The translations under genes were made by a program, and so were the position numbers. This document shows positions 13,880 through 25,600 of a stretch of 64,000 bases of DNA, piece by piece. The stretch's first letter is position 1; each line of letters starts with the position of its first letter. The notes under the pieces were generated by a model. The model had not been told where the DNA came from. It did not search any database and saw only the letters and a program-made list of their open reading frames with translations. The stretch covers positions 62,001 to 126,000 of the forward strand of contig JABVCE010000034.1 in NCBI GenBank assembly GCA_014905635.1, written 5' to 3'. Origin of the DNA: Scenedesmus sp. PABB004 (Eukaryota).

Positions 13880-16800
13880 TCAGGCGAGCTGGGTCATGAC
13901 GTCACGCTCGAGCGCCTCGTCAAAGCCCGCCGGCGCCTCGACCAGCACCACGTGGCTGCCGCCGCCCGTCCACGCCGCGTCGCCCTCGTCCTCGCCGCCG
14001 TCCGCGTCAGCGTCGGCGCCCCCGCCGCCCCCGCCGCCGTCGCGCGTGATGAAGCCAACGGGCAGCAGCGCCGCAGCCGCGGCCGCGAGCGCGCCGCGCC
14101 ACGCCGCGCGCGGCCACGCGAGCGGCGAGAGCGCGCCGCACCAGCCGGCGCCGCGCCCGCCGCGGCCGCCGCGCGCGCCGCGGCGCAGCGCGCGCGCGGC
14201 GTGCGCCTCGTGCGACGCGACGACGCTCAGCTGCTGCTTACCCAGGCCCAAGTAGTGCAGCTGGGGGAGGCGCGCCACGCCGTGCAGCTCCCAGGGCTCC
14301 AGGTTGAGCCAGGTGATGTCAAGGAAGCGCAGCTCAGGCATCTGGCGCGCGAGGCCGACGAGCGCGCTGCCCCGCCCCGCCGCGGCGACCTCGACGCGGT
14401 TCGCCGCCGCCTGCAGCAGCCCGCACAGCCCGTCCCAGGCGAGGCCCCACGACGCAAAGCGCCCGCGGCCGCGCGTGCTGCCGCCGACGGCGGCGGCGCC
14501 GGGCCCGCCCGGCGCGCCCCAGGGGACGCGCCACGCGCCGCGCCCGTCGCCGGCCGCCGTCGCGGCGCCGCTGGCGACGATGCGGCTGAGCGCGCCGGCG
14601 GCGGCGAGCGGCCAGAGCAGGAGCCCCAGCAGCGCCGCCACGGCCTGCGCACGCACGCCCGGGCCGAGCTGGCTGGTGAGGCTGCTGAGCTGCCACATGC
14701 GGCTGGTGAGGCTGCTGCTGCGCCGCGTGATCGTGCAGCGCCGCAGGCTCAGGTAGCGCAGCCGGCGATACGCCGCGCCCGGGTCGGCCACGCCCGCGCC
14801 AGCGGGCCACGCAGGCGCGGCCGCCGGCGACGACGCCACCGGTGCCGGCAGCGGCGGCGGCACGGCCGCGGCTGCAGCCTCGCCTGGGCCGAGCACGGCG
14901 GGCGAGCCGGCGAGCGGCGCGGCGACGCCGCCGCCGCGACCGCGCCACAGCCAGTGGCAGAGCGCAGCCACCGCGCCGCACCAGGCGGCCGCCAGCCAGA
15001 GCAGCCAGCCGCCGAGGCACCAGCGCGCGCCGCCGCGCAGCGCGCGCCAGGCGGCGCCCGGCGCCGCGGAGCCCCGCCCCGTGCGCGGCGGCGGCGGCGG
15101 CGGCGGCCGCGCGTCGTCGGTGCGCGCGACGCCGGCGCGCGGGTCAGCCGCGCCCCGGCCGCCGTCGCCCGGTGGGCGCGCCGTGCTGTCGAGCAGCAGC
15201 GCAGCGAGGGAGCTCGCCACGGCGAGCACAAACACCGCGCCCACCGCCGCGGCGAGCACCGCTGTCGCGAGCATCTCCGGCCACTTGGGGCTGTTGAGCG
15301 CCACGGCCATGAGCAGGCTGGCAGTGATGCTGCCGAGCACGCGCAGCCGCGTCTGGCGGCACAGCGTGTGCTCGACCCAGCTGCTCGTCCACCTGCGGGC
15401 ACGGGCACAGCGAAGGCGTCGGCGGGCGGGGGCGTGAGCGCGGCGCGCGCCGCGCGCGCCTGGCGCGCGCGGCGAGGCGCCGCGCAGCGCGTGCGCACCG
15501 GCCGTGGCGCAGCAAGCCCGCCGTGTCGCGCAGCCAGTCGCCGCCGACGTCGAGCAGGCCGCCCTCAATGGCCAGCGCGGCGAGGCGGGGCATGCCGGCG
15601 AGCACCTCGGCCAGCTCGGCGGCGCCTGCGCGCATGCGCCAGCGCGTCTCGGCCGCGCGCTGCCTCTGGCGGCACCGCGTGCCAGCGCATGGGGGAGCGT
15701 GACAGCCCGAGCGGCGGCGGCGCCGGGGCGGCCCGCGCACCTGGCGGCGTGGTGATGGATTTGAGCTGCAGCGCCACGAGCCCGGTCAGCGGCGCGAGGC
15801 AGGCCGCCGGCAGCGCGTCCAGCCAGCGCAGGCAGAGCCAGCGCAGGGAGGTCAGGCCCGACAGGCCTGCCCACATCTCCGGCGGCGGGTCCTGGCGGCC
15901 GCAGTCCAGCTTGAGCACGGCGAGCGGCAGGCGCCGGAGCTGGCCCAGGCTGGCCAGCACCGCGGGTGGCCAGGACTGGTCGACGGTCAGCTCAAGCCTG
16001 GCGGCGTCGGTGGGTTGAGCCCGCGGCGGTGGAGGGTGAGCGGCTGCAGGGCGCGGCGCGGCCGCGGGGGCGGAGCAGCGGCGACGGCGGCTGCTGCCTC
16101 CTCACCGTGTGATGGAGGTGGCCGAGGCCGCGAGGACCACGAGCAGCTTGCTGGGGTGCATGCTCGCACGCAGCTGCGCGAGCAGCAGCCGTCGCGCGGG
16201 CGACTCGGGCAGGGGCACCGCACCAAAGCCTGACGGGTGGCGGAGAGGGCCGGGGAGGAGGGGGGGGGGGGCAGCAGGGCAGACGTGAGCGTGCGTGCGG
16301 ACGGGCGCACGCGCGCCGAGCCGAGGCGGCGCGGGCGGGCCGCCGCACCTGGCACGAGCGCCTGCGCCGGCGCGCCGGCCGCCGCCGCCGCGAGCTGCTG
16401 CGCGACGAGCTGGCGCTGCTGGTCGCCCAGCGCGCCCATGCTCGGCCGCAGCGCGAGCACCAGCAGCTGGGGCAGCCCCGGCAGGTAGCCCTCCTGGCCG
16501 GGGTGGTTCAAGAATGCACCGACGGCGCCCGCGCTTGGCGCCGACGCCCCGCCGCCGCCGCGCCGCGCCTTGGCGCCGCCGCGGGCGGCCGCCTCGGCGC
16601 CGCGCGCGTCAGCCAGCGGCCGCGTGTCGTCGCCGCAGTCCCAGCCGCCGCAGAAGCTGCTGCCGCCGCTGCTGCTGCTGCCCCAGCTGCTCGCGGCACT
16701 GCCTGGCGCGCTGTCTGCGCGCCGCAGCGCGGGGGGCACCGGGCGCGCCGCGCCGGCGTGCGCGCCCGGCGGCGCCACGCTGTGCCACGACATGAGCGCG

Positions 16801-18085
16801 CACACGGCCGCGGCGAGCGAGGGGAAGCGGGCGGTGATCGCGGCCGAGTGCCAGCCCCGCGCCTCGGCGACGACGTGGCGCAGGCCCTGCGCGGCGAGGG
16901 CGCGGCGCCGCGGCGCGTGCGCGCGCGCGCGTGGGCGCGGCGCTGCGCTGCGCGGCGGGCGATGCTCACCGCCGCGCGGCGCCCGGCGGCACCAACAAGC
17001 GCTGCCCGCCCCGCCGCGCACCTGCATGTCTGCGAGCTCGCTCCAGCGGCAGGGCGTGACGTACGCGCTCACCGCCGCGCCCTCCTGCGGCTCGTACCGC
17101 GCAGCGCCGGCGCCCTGCAGCAGCCAGTCGCCGCCGCCGCCGCCCGGCGGCGCCGCGCCGCCGCCAGCAGCCGGCACGCTGCCGCGCTGGCCGCGCGCGC
17201 CGGGGCCGCCGCCGAGCAGGCCCAGGCCCGACGGGCCGGCGGCGCAGCCGCGGCGCGGGTCGTGGGGCGGCGGCTCCAGCGCCGTGGTCAGCGTGGTCAG
17301 CAGGCCCACCGCCTGGCCGCGCGGCACGCAGCCGACAACGAGCTCGCGCAGGCGGGGCAGCTGCATCAGGCGAAGCCAGAGCGCGTCGCGGCCGCCCGGC
17401 CCGCCCGCCGCGTGGCCCCACGCCTCCGCGCCGAGGCCGCCCGCCGGCAGGCCCAGCGCGCCCGCCGCCGCGCCGACGCCGACCGCCGCAGCGGCGGCCA
17501 CGGCCTCCATGCCGTCCCAGGGCAGGCCCGCCTCGGGGCCGTCCTGCTGCCCGGGGTGGACGTCGGCCAGGTCGGCCGCCACCACCAGCGTCAGCGCCGG
17601 GAGCTGCTCCAGCTGCAGCAGGCAGGCCGTGCCGGCCGGCGTGAGGCAGCCCACGCGCTCCAGGCTGCGGGCGCGGCGGCGCACGGAGCACCGCTCGTCG
17701 GCGGCGGGCCGGGGCGGCGGGCGAGGGCGGAGGGCGTCGGCCCGCGAGCACGCACCTCAGCTCGCGCAGCTCTGTGAGGACGCTCAGCGTGGGTGGCACG
17801 CAGCTCAGCCCTGCAAGCCGCAGCACCTGCAGCGGCGGACCCGCCGTCAGCTGCTGACGCAGCGGCCAGCAGCAGCGCGCGCCACGGCGGGCGCCAGCCC
17901 AGCAGCGGCGCGGCGCCGCGCGCGCCTGCAGTCGCCGCATGCAGGCCAGGCTGCCGGCCAGGAGTAGCGTGGAGGGGCCATCGAAGAAAACGGAGCGCCC
18001 CGCCGGCAGCAGGCCGGTCAGGTCTGGCAGCGGGCCCTCCAGCGCGCCCGTCTCGCCGGCGGAGGGGCAGCGGCTCCGCTGCGCC

Positions 18086-18124
<39 letters not shown>

Positions 18125-19177
18125 GCACTGAGGCGCTGGCGCGACGGAGAGCGTGCCGGCACGCGCGCGCCGACGCGTGCAGCGTGCAGTGCACCTTGAG
18201 TGCGGTGACGAGTTGCAGGCTCGTGAGGCATGTGAGGCACGACAGCGCCGCAATGCCCGCGCCCGACGCGGGCGGCACGCTGCGGGCGGCGCGGCGGCGG
18301 CGGAAGAGCACGGCGGGGTCGTGCGCGCGCGGCGCCGGCGCGGCGCTCCCGAGCGGAGTAGGGCAGCCCGGTCGCCCGCACGCGCGCGCCTCACTTGATG
18401 TACGCGCGGGGCTTCAGGCAGAGCTCCTGCAGCTGCCGCAGGCCCGACAGGTGGCGCAGGCTGCGCACCTGCAGCATGGCCTGCGGCCCACGCGGTGCAG
18501 CGCGTCGGCGCCGCCGCGCAACCAACGGCCCAGCTGGCGCGCGCCGCCGCCGTGCCGCCACCGCACCCCCGCGCGCCGCGCCGCCGCCCTCACCGTGTGG
18601 CACTCGAGGCGCAGCGCTTGGAGGCCGCCGCAGCCGCCCACGCCGGCGAGCGCGTCCTCGGTGAAGGGGAACTGCATCAACGCCAGCGCCGTCACGCCGC
18701 GCAGGCGCGGCAGCGCGGCAAAGTCGGCGACGCCGCGGCTCCCGCAGTCGGCCGCGAGGCTGCGCAGCGCCGTGAACGCCCGCGCCGCGGCACCGAGCGC
18801 GGGGGCGGGCGGCCCCGGCGCGAGCGCGTGGTGGCGGACGATGGAGCTCTGGAAGACCGAGCGGCACACGAGCCGCGGCACGCCGGCGACGCCGTCGGGG
18901 CGCGCCGCCGCGCCAGCGAGCGAGAGCGGGTAGAGCACGGCCAGCGAGCGGTCCACCAGCGCCTGCGAGTGCGGGCGGTGGTGGCGCGAGCGTGTTGCGG
19001 ATGAGAGGAGGGAGGGCGCCGCTGCCGCTGCTGCTGCCGCTGCCGCCGGCGCAGTCGCGGGGCCACCGGCGCCGCGTCGCTCGCCTTCCAGCTCCTCGAC
19101 ACCAGGCGCAGCGACGCATGGTCGCTGGGCGTCAGGTGCGCGAGCAGGAGCTCGTAGGTGTCCAGCTCGGGGACCAT
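13880..19177 (-). CDS. F-box-like plus leucine-rich-repeat (RNI-like) protein, multi-exon
   Basis: N-terminal LLLAHLTPSDHASLRLVSRSWK|ALVD (F-box-like, GC donor at 19084). Many LxxLxxLxxLxL repeats (LSGLRQLQELCL, LSCLTCLTSLQL, LSGLTSLRWLCL, MPELRFLDITW). Internal exon structure only partly resolved. Confidence 0.7.
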
Positions 19178-20263
19178 CGCGTGCCGGGCGCCAGAGGCGC
19201 GCGCGGCACCCCCTGCCGCCCCGCGTCAGAGCCCCCTCATCCACGGACGCGACGCATGGACAAACGGGCGGGCTGCGGCGCCAGTCGCCGCTCCGCCGCT
19301 GCTGCTGCTGCTCTCGGCGGCGCCGCCCACGCGATCGAGCGTGGCGGCCGCGGCGGTGGTGCTGCTGCTGCTGCTGGGTGTCTGGCAGCAGGATGTCTGG
19401 CGCGGTCGCCGCGTTGCGACTGAGCGGGGCTGTGGGGTTTTGGTAGGCGCGGCGACGTGCGAGGCGCGCATCCGCGTTTGCCGCGGGTGGGGGTGTTATT
19501 GGTCGCGCCGCCGCTGCGTTGCCGCGGGGCGCGAAACCTCATCCCGGGCCGTGTAGCCAGCAGTCTGGCGCGCCAACGCACGCGTCGCGCTACTAAGACG
19601 CACTCGCACACACAGGTCGTGTGCCGCCGCGCTGCCAGGCTAGGCGGGGGCCGCCGAGCAGCACGCGGGTGCGGGCTCGGTCGGCGCCCGCCCGCCAGCC
19701 GCTCGCGCGGTTATTCAGTGGGGCGCGGCCGCGCGGCCGGCGACGCCTAGCCTGAGAGTGCACCGAGCCCGCGCGCGCGCGCGCGGGCGGCAGTGCGCCA
19801 GACAGGCGAGGCGGGCGCGCGCCGCCGCGCGGCCCGCGCCCTGCCTCCACCTCCGCCTCAAGAGCCACCAGCCACGGGGCTGATGTTTGAAAACACTGGT
19901 AGAGGCGGCAGGGGAGGTCTTGACCAGATCCAGACCAGATTTGCCAGCAGGCCGTGCACTGCGCGGTGGGGCCGTCCGTGCAGCCCGAGAGCCAGACTTA
20001 TTGAAACCCCTTGCTATGGGAACACGAGCACTCGCTCGTTTTCCGCCCGCGACCAGCCCTGCAGCGGCACAGACCAGGCCGACCCGGCAAGACCCAGGCC
20101 AAGCCTCCGCGGAGCAGTTCTGCGCGGCGCGGCGCGGCGCGGCGCGGCGCGGCGGCCAGGTGAAGCGGGTGGGGCGGGTGGGCGAGGCGCGCGCGCCGGC
20201 TGCCGCGGCGCGGTGCGCAGGCGCGGCGCGGCGGGCAGGCGCGGCGGGCAGGCGCACGCACCT

Positions 20264-21283
20264 TCACGGGGCGGGCTCGGGCTCCGGCGCCGGGCTGGGC
20301 TCGGGCTCCGGCGCCGGGCTGGGCTCGGGCTCCGGCGCCGGGCTGGGAGAGGGCTCCGGCGCCGGGCTGGGCTCGGGCTCCGGCGCCGGGCTGGGCTCGG
20401 GCTCCGGCGCCGGGCTGGGAGAGGGCTCCGGCGCCGGGCTGGGCTCGGGCTCCGGCGCCGGGCTGGGAGAGGGCTCCGGCGCCGGGCTGGGAGAGGGCAC
20501 CGGCTCGGGCGACGGCGACGGGGTCGGCGCGGGGCTCGGGCTCTCGGGACTCGGGCTCGGGCTGGGCGTCGGCGGCGCAGGGCTGGGGGCGGGCGTGCCG
20601 CACGCGCCGGCGGCGGGCGCGTAGGGCATGGTGTTGGCGCCGCCATTGCCAGCAGGGTTGAGCTTGGACGCGTCTGCGCGGCGGCGGGCGCGGGCGGGCG
20701 GGCGTCAGGCGGCAGCCCCAGGCACGCGCATGTGGAGGGCACGCGGCGCGGGCGGCGCGGGCGTGTGCGGTCGTGCGGGCGTGTGCGTGCGCGTGCGTGG
20801 GCGCCGCTCACTGTTGTACTTCAGGTCAAGGCTGCGGGAGTCGATGAGGGCACCGACCGAGGCCCAGGCGACGCGGTCCATGTTGCCGCGGCAGATGCCC
20901 TGGCGCATGGCGTCCCACACGCGGTCGCGCGTCTCGGTGGTGTTCTCGCCGAGCCAGTTGACGTTGGAGCGCCACGCGGCGTGGTCGACGCCGTTGATCT
21001 TGATGACCTCGCAGGTCGCGGGCGGGCCGCGCACGCTGTCGACGGCGGTGGTGCCCGCGGCGGAGACCGCGGTCTTGATGTCGGCCACGGCGGCGTTGCG
21101 GACGAGGTTGGCAAAGTTGACCAGCGCGTCGTCGGAGCAGGTGCCCGTGAAGGTCAGGGCGTACTGCAGGAACTGGCGGCGCGTCGGGTCCCAGGCACCC
21201 TCGGGCGTGGCGCGCAGGGAGCGCGCCGACGCGAGCGACGCGCCGGCGAGGAGCGCCAGCGCCAGGAGCGGGAGGCACCGCAT
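20264..21283 (-). CDS. Secreted Ser/Pro/Glu-rich protein (~293 aa), truncated paralog of 23067-27194
   Basis: Signal peptide [20 protein letters not shown]. Exons 21283-20812 and 20673-20264. Ends in ([16 protein letters not shown])n then TGA, where the paralog reads ...PAPVK|intron. Confidence 0.7.
20274..20490 (-). repeat. 24-bp coding minisatellite, about 9 copies
   Basis: Units GGCTCGGGCTCCGGCGCCGGGCTG and GGAGAGGGCTCCGGCGCCGGGCTG on the + strand; absent from the paralog. Confidence 0.9.
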
Positions 21284-21789
21284 GGTGGTGGGTGGGCTCG
21301 TCGAGGTGTCTCAGGGCACTGCCGGGCTCGGTTGTCGCGCCTGCGGGGCGGCGCGGGAAAAAAGAGGGAGGCGGGTCAGCGCAATGGTGAGCGGCCAACG
21401 CGCGGGCGCCAGCGCCAGCGCGCACGCCCAAGCGCTGATTTTGCCAAGGTCAGACCGCTGTGGGCGCGTGCACAGCTGCGGCGTCCCCAGCGCGCGCAGT
21501 GCCGGGCGGGCGCTGAGCCGGGATGCCGGCGGCGGTGCCCCCGCGATCGCGGCGCTGTGACCGCCAGTACTCGCGCAAAGCGCTGGTACAGGTACGTGCC
21601 AGCGAACTGTTGCCAGCGCGAGCCGTGGCGCGCACGCGGGGGGGCGCGGGGCGGCGCAGCAGCAGTGATCCCACCTTTCGTGCTGGCTCACTCGGCGTGT
21701 GGCGGTGCAGCGTCGGTCCAAGGCCGCAGGGGTGAGCGCAGGCTAAGCGCGAGCGCTTTTTTTGGGTGCCGCGCCCGGGGCGTTCGAGC

Positions 21790-21797
21790 TATATATA
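21790..21797 (-). promoter_or_regulatory. Candidate TATA box of the duplicated secreted-protein gene
   Basis: TATATATA in a GC-rich background, ~500 bp upstream of ATG 21283. The paralogous position (27711-27717) reads CTATTTA on the minus strand. Confidence 0.35.
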
Positions 21798-22611
21798 GAG
21801 CGCCCAAATCAGCGCGACATGCTGTTACGTTGACCGCGAAGAAAGTGAGCCTAGGATCACGCAGAGGATCAGCCTAGGAGACCCGTTGGCCGCGCCGGAG
21901 TGCTCTCCACCCGCAGCGGTGAATTACAATTCGGACGCACTAGACCCCAGCTTGGGGTCCAGCGGCGGCTTGTGGCGGGCTCGCCCCAGCCTCCACTCAC
22001 TCCTTGCAGGACCGCCGGTCAGATCAAGCAGCAGGGCGCCGCGGCGTCACCGGCCCGGGCGCGGACCACACGGCCGCCGGCTGCGGCCGGCCCCGAGCGC
22101 TCAGGCGTGCGCGCGACCCGGCACGGGTCGCCGCCGCCGTCACGAGGGTGCTGCTGCGGCGGGCGGACCGGTGTGTGGGTGCCGTGGGTGTTACCGACCA
22201 CGACGCGAGCGGGAACCAATCAATAGGGCGCACAGCAACGGCGACGCTGCCTGCACTCCTCTTCGTTCCATCTCTGCTGCGCGCGCGCCGGCGGGCGGCA
22301 GCACACAGGTGCCGCGGCCGCCGGCGTCGGCGCGCAGGGGCGCCTTTCGGCGCGCGGGCGCCCTCCCAAGTCTTTGCAGACTCGGGCCAGGGCGGTGCCG
22401 CAAAGTCATTTGAGGCTAGCGAGAGGTGCCTCCTGTGCAGGTCAACTCAAATTTAGCCGCGGCCGCGTGCGCGGGCCGCGTGAAAGTGCTGGGTCGGTCA
22501 GGGTGGAGACACGACAGACAAGCCCGCCGCGTCGTAGGTCGAGGGATCCAGGGTCAAGAGACGACCGCAAAGCGAGAAGGGTCAGGCGCGCGCGCGCACA
22601 TGTGATGCGCG

Positions 22612-25600
22612 CGCGCGTCCGCGTTTGCCGCGGGTGGGGGTGTTATTGGTCGCGCCGCCGCCGCGTTGCCGCGGGGGGCGCGACCTCATCCCGGGCTGTG
22701 TAGCCAGCAGTCTGGCGAGCCAACGCACGCGTCGCGCTACTAAGACGCACTCAAGCACACACGCACACGTCACGTCGTGTGCCGCCGCGCTGCCAGGCCG
22801 GGCGGGGCCGCCGAGCAGCACGCGGGTGCGGGCTCGGTCGGCGCCCGCCCGCCGGCGCACGCTGCAGCGCGCGTGGGGGTCGTTCAGCGGGGCGCGGCCG
22901 CGCGGCCGGCGGCGCCTAGCCTGAGAGTGCACCGAGCCCGCGCGCGCACGCGCGGGCGGCAGTGCGCCAGACAGGCGAGGCGGGCGCGCGCTGGCGCGCG
23001 GCCCGCGCCCTCGTTCCGCCTCCGCCTCACAGCCTCAGAGCCACCAGCCAGGGGGGCTGCTGCTGCCTAGAAGCACTGGAAGGCGCCGGCGCCGGGGTAG
23101 GTCTGCCAGTAGGCCGTGCACTGCGCGGTGGAGCCGTCCGTGCAGCCCGAGAGCGTGTCGGTGACGAGCGTGCCGGCGCGCGCCGCGGAGGTGTAGGGGG
23201 CGGCGCAGCTGGTCATGCCGGCGGGGTAGCACGCCTTGAGCGCGGCGGGGCTGGAGGTGACGCCCGCCACAAAGAAGGGGAAGGCCACGTTGTCGGCGAC
23301 CGGGCAGCGCGTCGCGCCGGCGATGATGCAGCCCGCGGTCGTGCCCGCGCAGGTCGCCGCGGCGGCGCCGGGCGCGGTGTCGCACGCGACGGTCTGGCCC
23401 GCGGCGCAGCTCGCGAGGCTGCCGACGCAGGAGAGGACCTCGCCCGTCACGTTGGCCACAAACTTGGGGTAGCTCGTGGGGCACGCGGCGTTGCCGGCCA
23501 TGCAGCCGAGCAGCGTGGTGCTCGCGCCGCCCGTCGCGCTGATCTCGGCGGTGTACGCGGTCGCGTTGACGAGCGCGGCGCAGCCCTGGCTGACGGTGAG
23601 GGACACGCCCTCGCGGCACTCCACGAGCGCCGCGGCGGGGGCGTTGACCGAGGTGCGGGCGTAGAGCGGGAAGGTCCAGGCCTTGGGCACCGAGCCGATG
23701 GGGCAGCGCGCGCTGTTGAGGCAGCCCTGCAGCGTCTGGCCGTCGGCCGACTTGAGCTCGGTCGTGTAGGCGCCAAACGTCGCCGACGCGTCGCAGCTGG
23801 TCACGTTGGCCGCCTGGGTCTTGATGCAGCGCTGCAGCGCCGCCTCGAGCGCGCCGTCGAGGGCGTACAGCGGGAAGGTGTAGCCCGCGTCGGTGCAGGT
23901 CGTCGCGGCGCCGTTGATGCAGGAGAGCGGGCTGCTCGTCGCGGTGTCGGCCACGGGCGTGGTGCCGGCGACGCAGGCGCTGCCCGCGGTCAGGCAGCGC
24001 AGGATGGCCGAGCCGGCGGTGCCGTTGAACACCGCCACGGGGTAGGCCGTGTCGGGGCTAGGCACGGTGGGGCAGGACGCCACGCTCTGGCGGCACTGGT
24101 CCACGGTCGCGCCGGTCTGCATCGACACCGGGAAGCTCGCCGGGCAGACGGTGAGCGACGCGGCCATGCAGCCGATGAGGGCGTTGCCGGCGGGGTTGTA
24201 GATCTCGATGCCGGTGTAGCCGGTCACGCCCGCGCAGGTGGAGGTGCCGAGCACGTTGTTGGTGCAGTAGTCGAGGCCCGACGCGCCGTACAGCGTGAAC
24301 GGCCGCGCCGCCTGGGCGCACGTGGAGTCGCGGGTCATGCACTCGAGCACGGGCGAGGTCGTGGAGTCGCCGACGCGCACGGGGTAGGACGCGGGGCAGC
24401 CGGTCACCGCGACGACGCAGCCCTCGGTCGCGCCCTTGTCCTTGAGCGGCACCGCGGGCGCGGCGCAGCTGCCGGTCGCCGAGCAGCTCTCGAGCGTGGT
24501 GCTGACGTTGACCTTGCTCTGCGCGGCGCACGCGGCGGCGCGGGCGGGCGGGCGCGCGGCGGCGCGGTGAGCGGGGCCGCGGCGGGGCGGGCGCGGGCTG
24601 CGCTGCCGGCGCGGCGGGGGCTGCGCCGCGGGCGCGCCGCGGGCGCGAAGGGGGCCACCACCCGGGCGCGCACCGTGGTGAAGGGGTACGCGTCGGGGCA
24701 GATGGTGGTGGTGCTGAGCATGCAGCCCACGCGCGTCGCGCCGCTGACGATGGGGATGGAGTAGAGCCCGGTCGTGCCGGCGGGGCCGTTGGCGATGGTC
24801 ATCTGGCAGCCGGGGTCGACGTCGGCGGGCCTCCAGCAGTTGGTCAGCACGGCGGGCTGGCCGGCGGTGACCTCGGCGTAGAAGGGCAGAGTGTAGTCGA
24901 CCAGGGGGCAGGTGGTGTTGGGGCCGAGCTGCCTGCACTCCTGGACCTGGCCGAGGTTGGTGCGCACGGTCACGTAGCCGGTGGGGCAGTTGGCAGTGCG
25001 CGCGATGCAGCTGGTGGTGGTGCCGTTCACGTTGATCACAGGAGCGGGCGCGGCAGTCGTGTTGCAGACGACCGGCGGCGGCACGGGCTCGGTGCCGTTG
25101 GGGCCGCAGCTGACGAGCACGTTGTTGACGATCGTCGCGGCGTTGAAGTCGGACGGGCAGGCGGTGGCGCCGGTCTTGATGCAGCCGCGCACAAAGTTCT
25201 GGCTGCCGATGATGGGAATGGTGTACGAATCGGCGTTGACGTCGTTGGTCGTGGAGCCCATGCCGGCGGCGGTCAGGTCGCAGGTGGTGCGGCCGGGGCG
25301 GCACTCGACGGTCTGCGGCGGCGGCGGCGGCGGGCGGGGTCAGGGCGGCCGGGCGCAGGGCAGCAGGGAACGCAGCCAGCAGCCGCCGCGGGCGGCGCCG
25401 GCGGCGCGGCGCGGCGCAGCTGCCCCGGCCAGAGGCTGCGCGCGGCGGCGCGCGCTCACGGTGGGCGTGGTGGCGGGGGTCGCGCCGGACATGAGCATGA
25501 AGTTCTCGGCCAGCGGGCAGGGCGCGGTGGCCTCCAGGCACTTGATCGTGCGCGTCGCGCCGTTGGTGAAGACGCAGGTCGTCGCGCCGCCGCAGTTGTC

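Larger units (their letters stand above)
19464..21805. repeat. Tandem segmental duplication, copy A (internally deleted)
   Basis: 19464-19875 matches 22612-23050; 19941-19992 matches ~23103-23153; 20107-21290 matches ~26188-27200; the upstream region to ~21805 resembles ~27390-27723. Confidence 0.9.

Noticed and set aside
20274..20490. Regular 24-bp repeats resembling a CRISPR array
   Set aside because: No unique spacers and no cas genes; this is a coding minisatellite for Ser-Pro-Ala-Pro-Glu repeats in a eukaryotic gene.
21943..21959. Hairpin GACCCC-AGCTT-GGGGTC between the duplicated units
   Set aside because: Single short stem with no partner terminus or recognisable RNA family.
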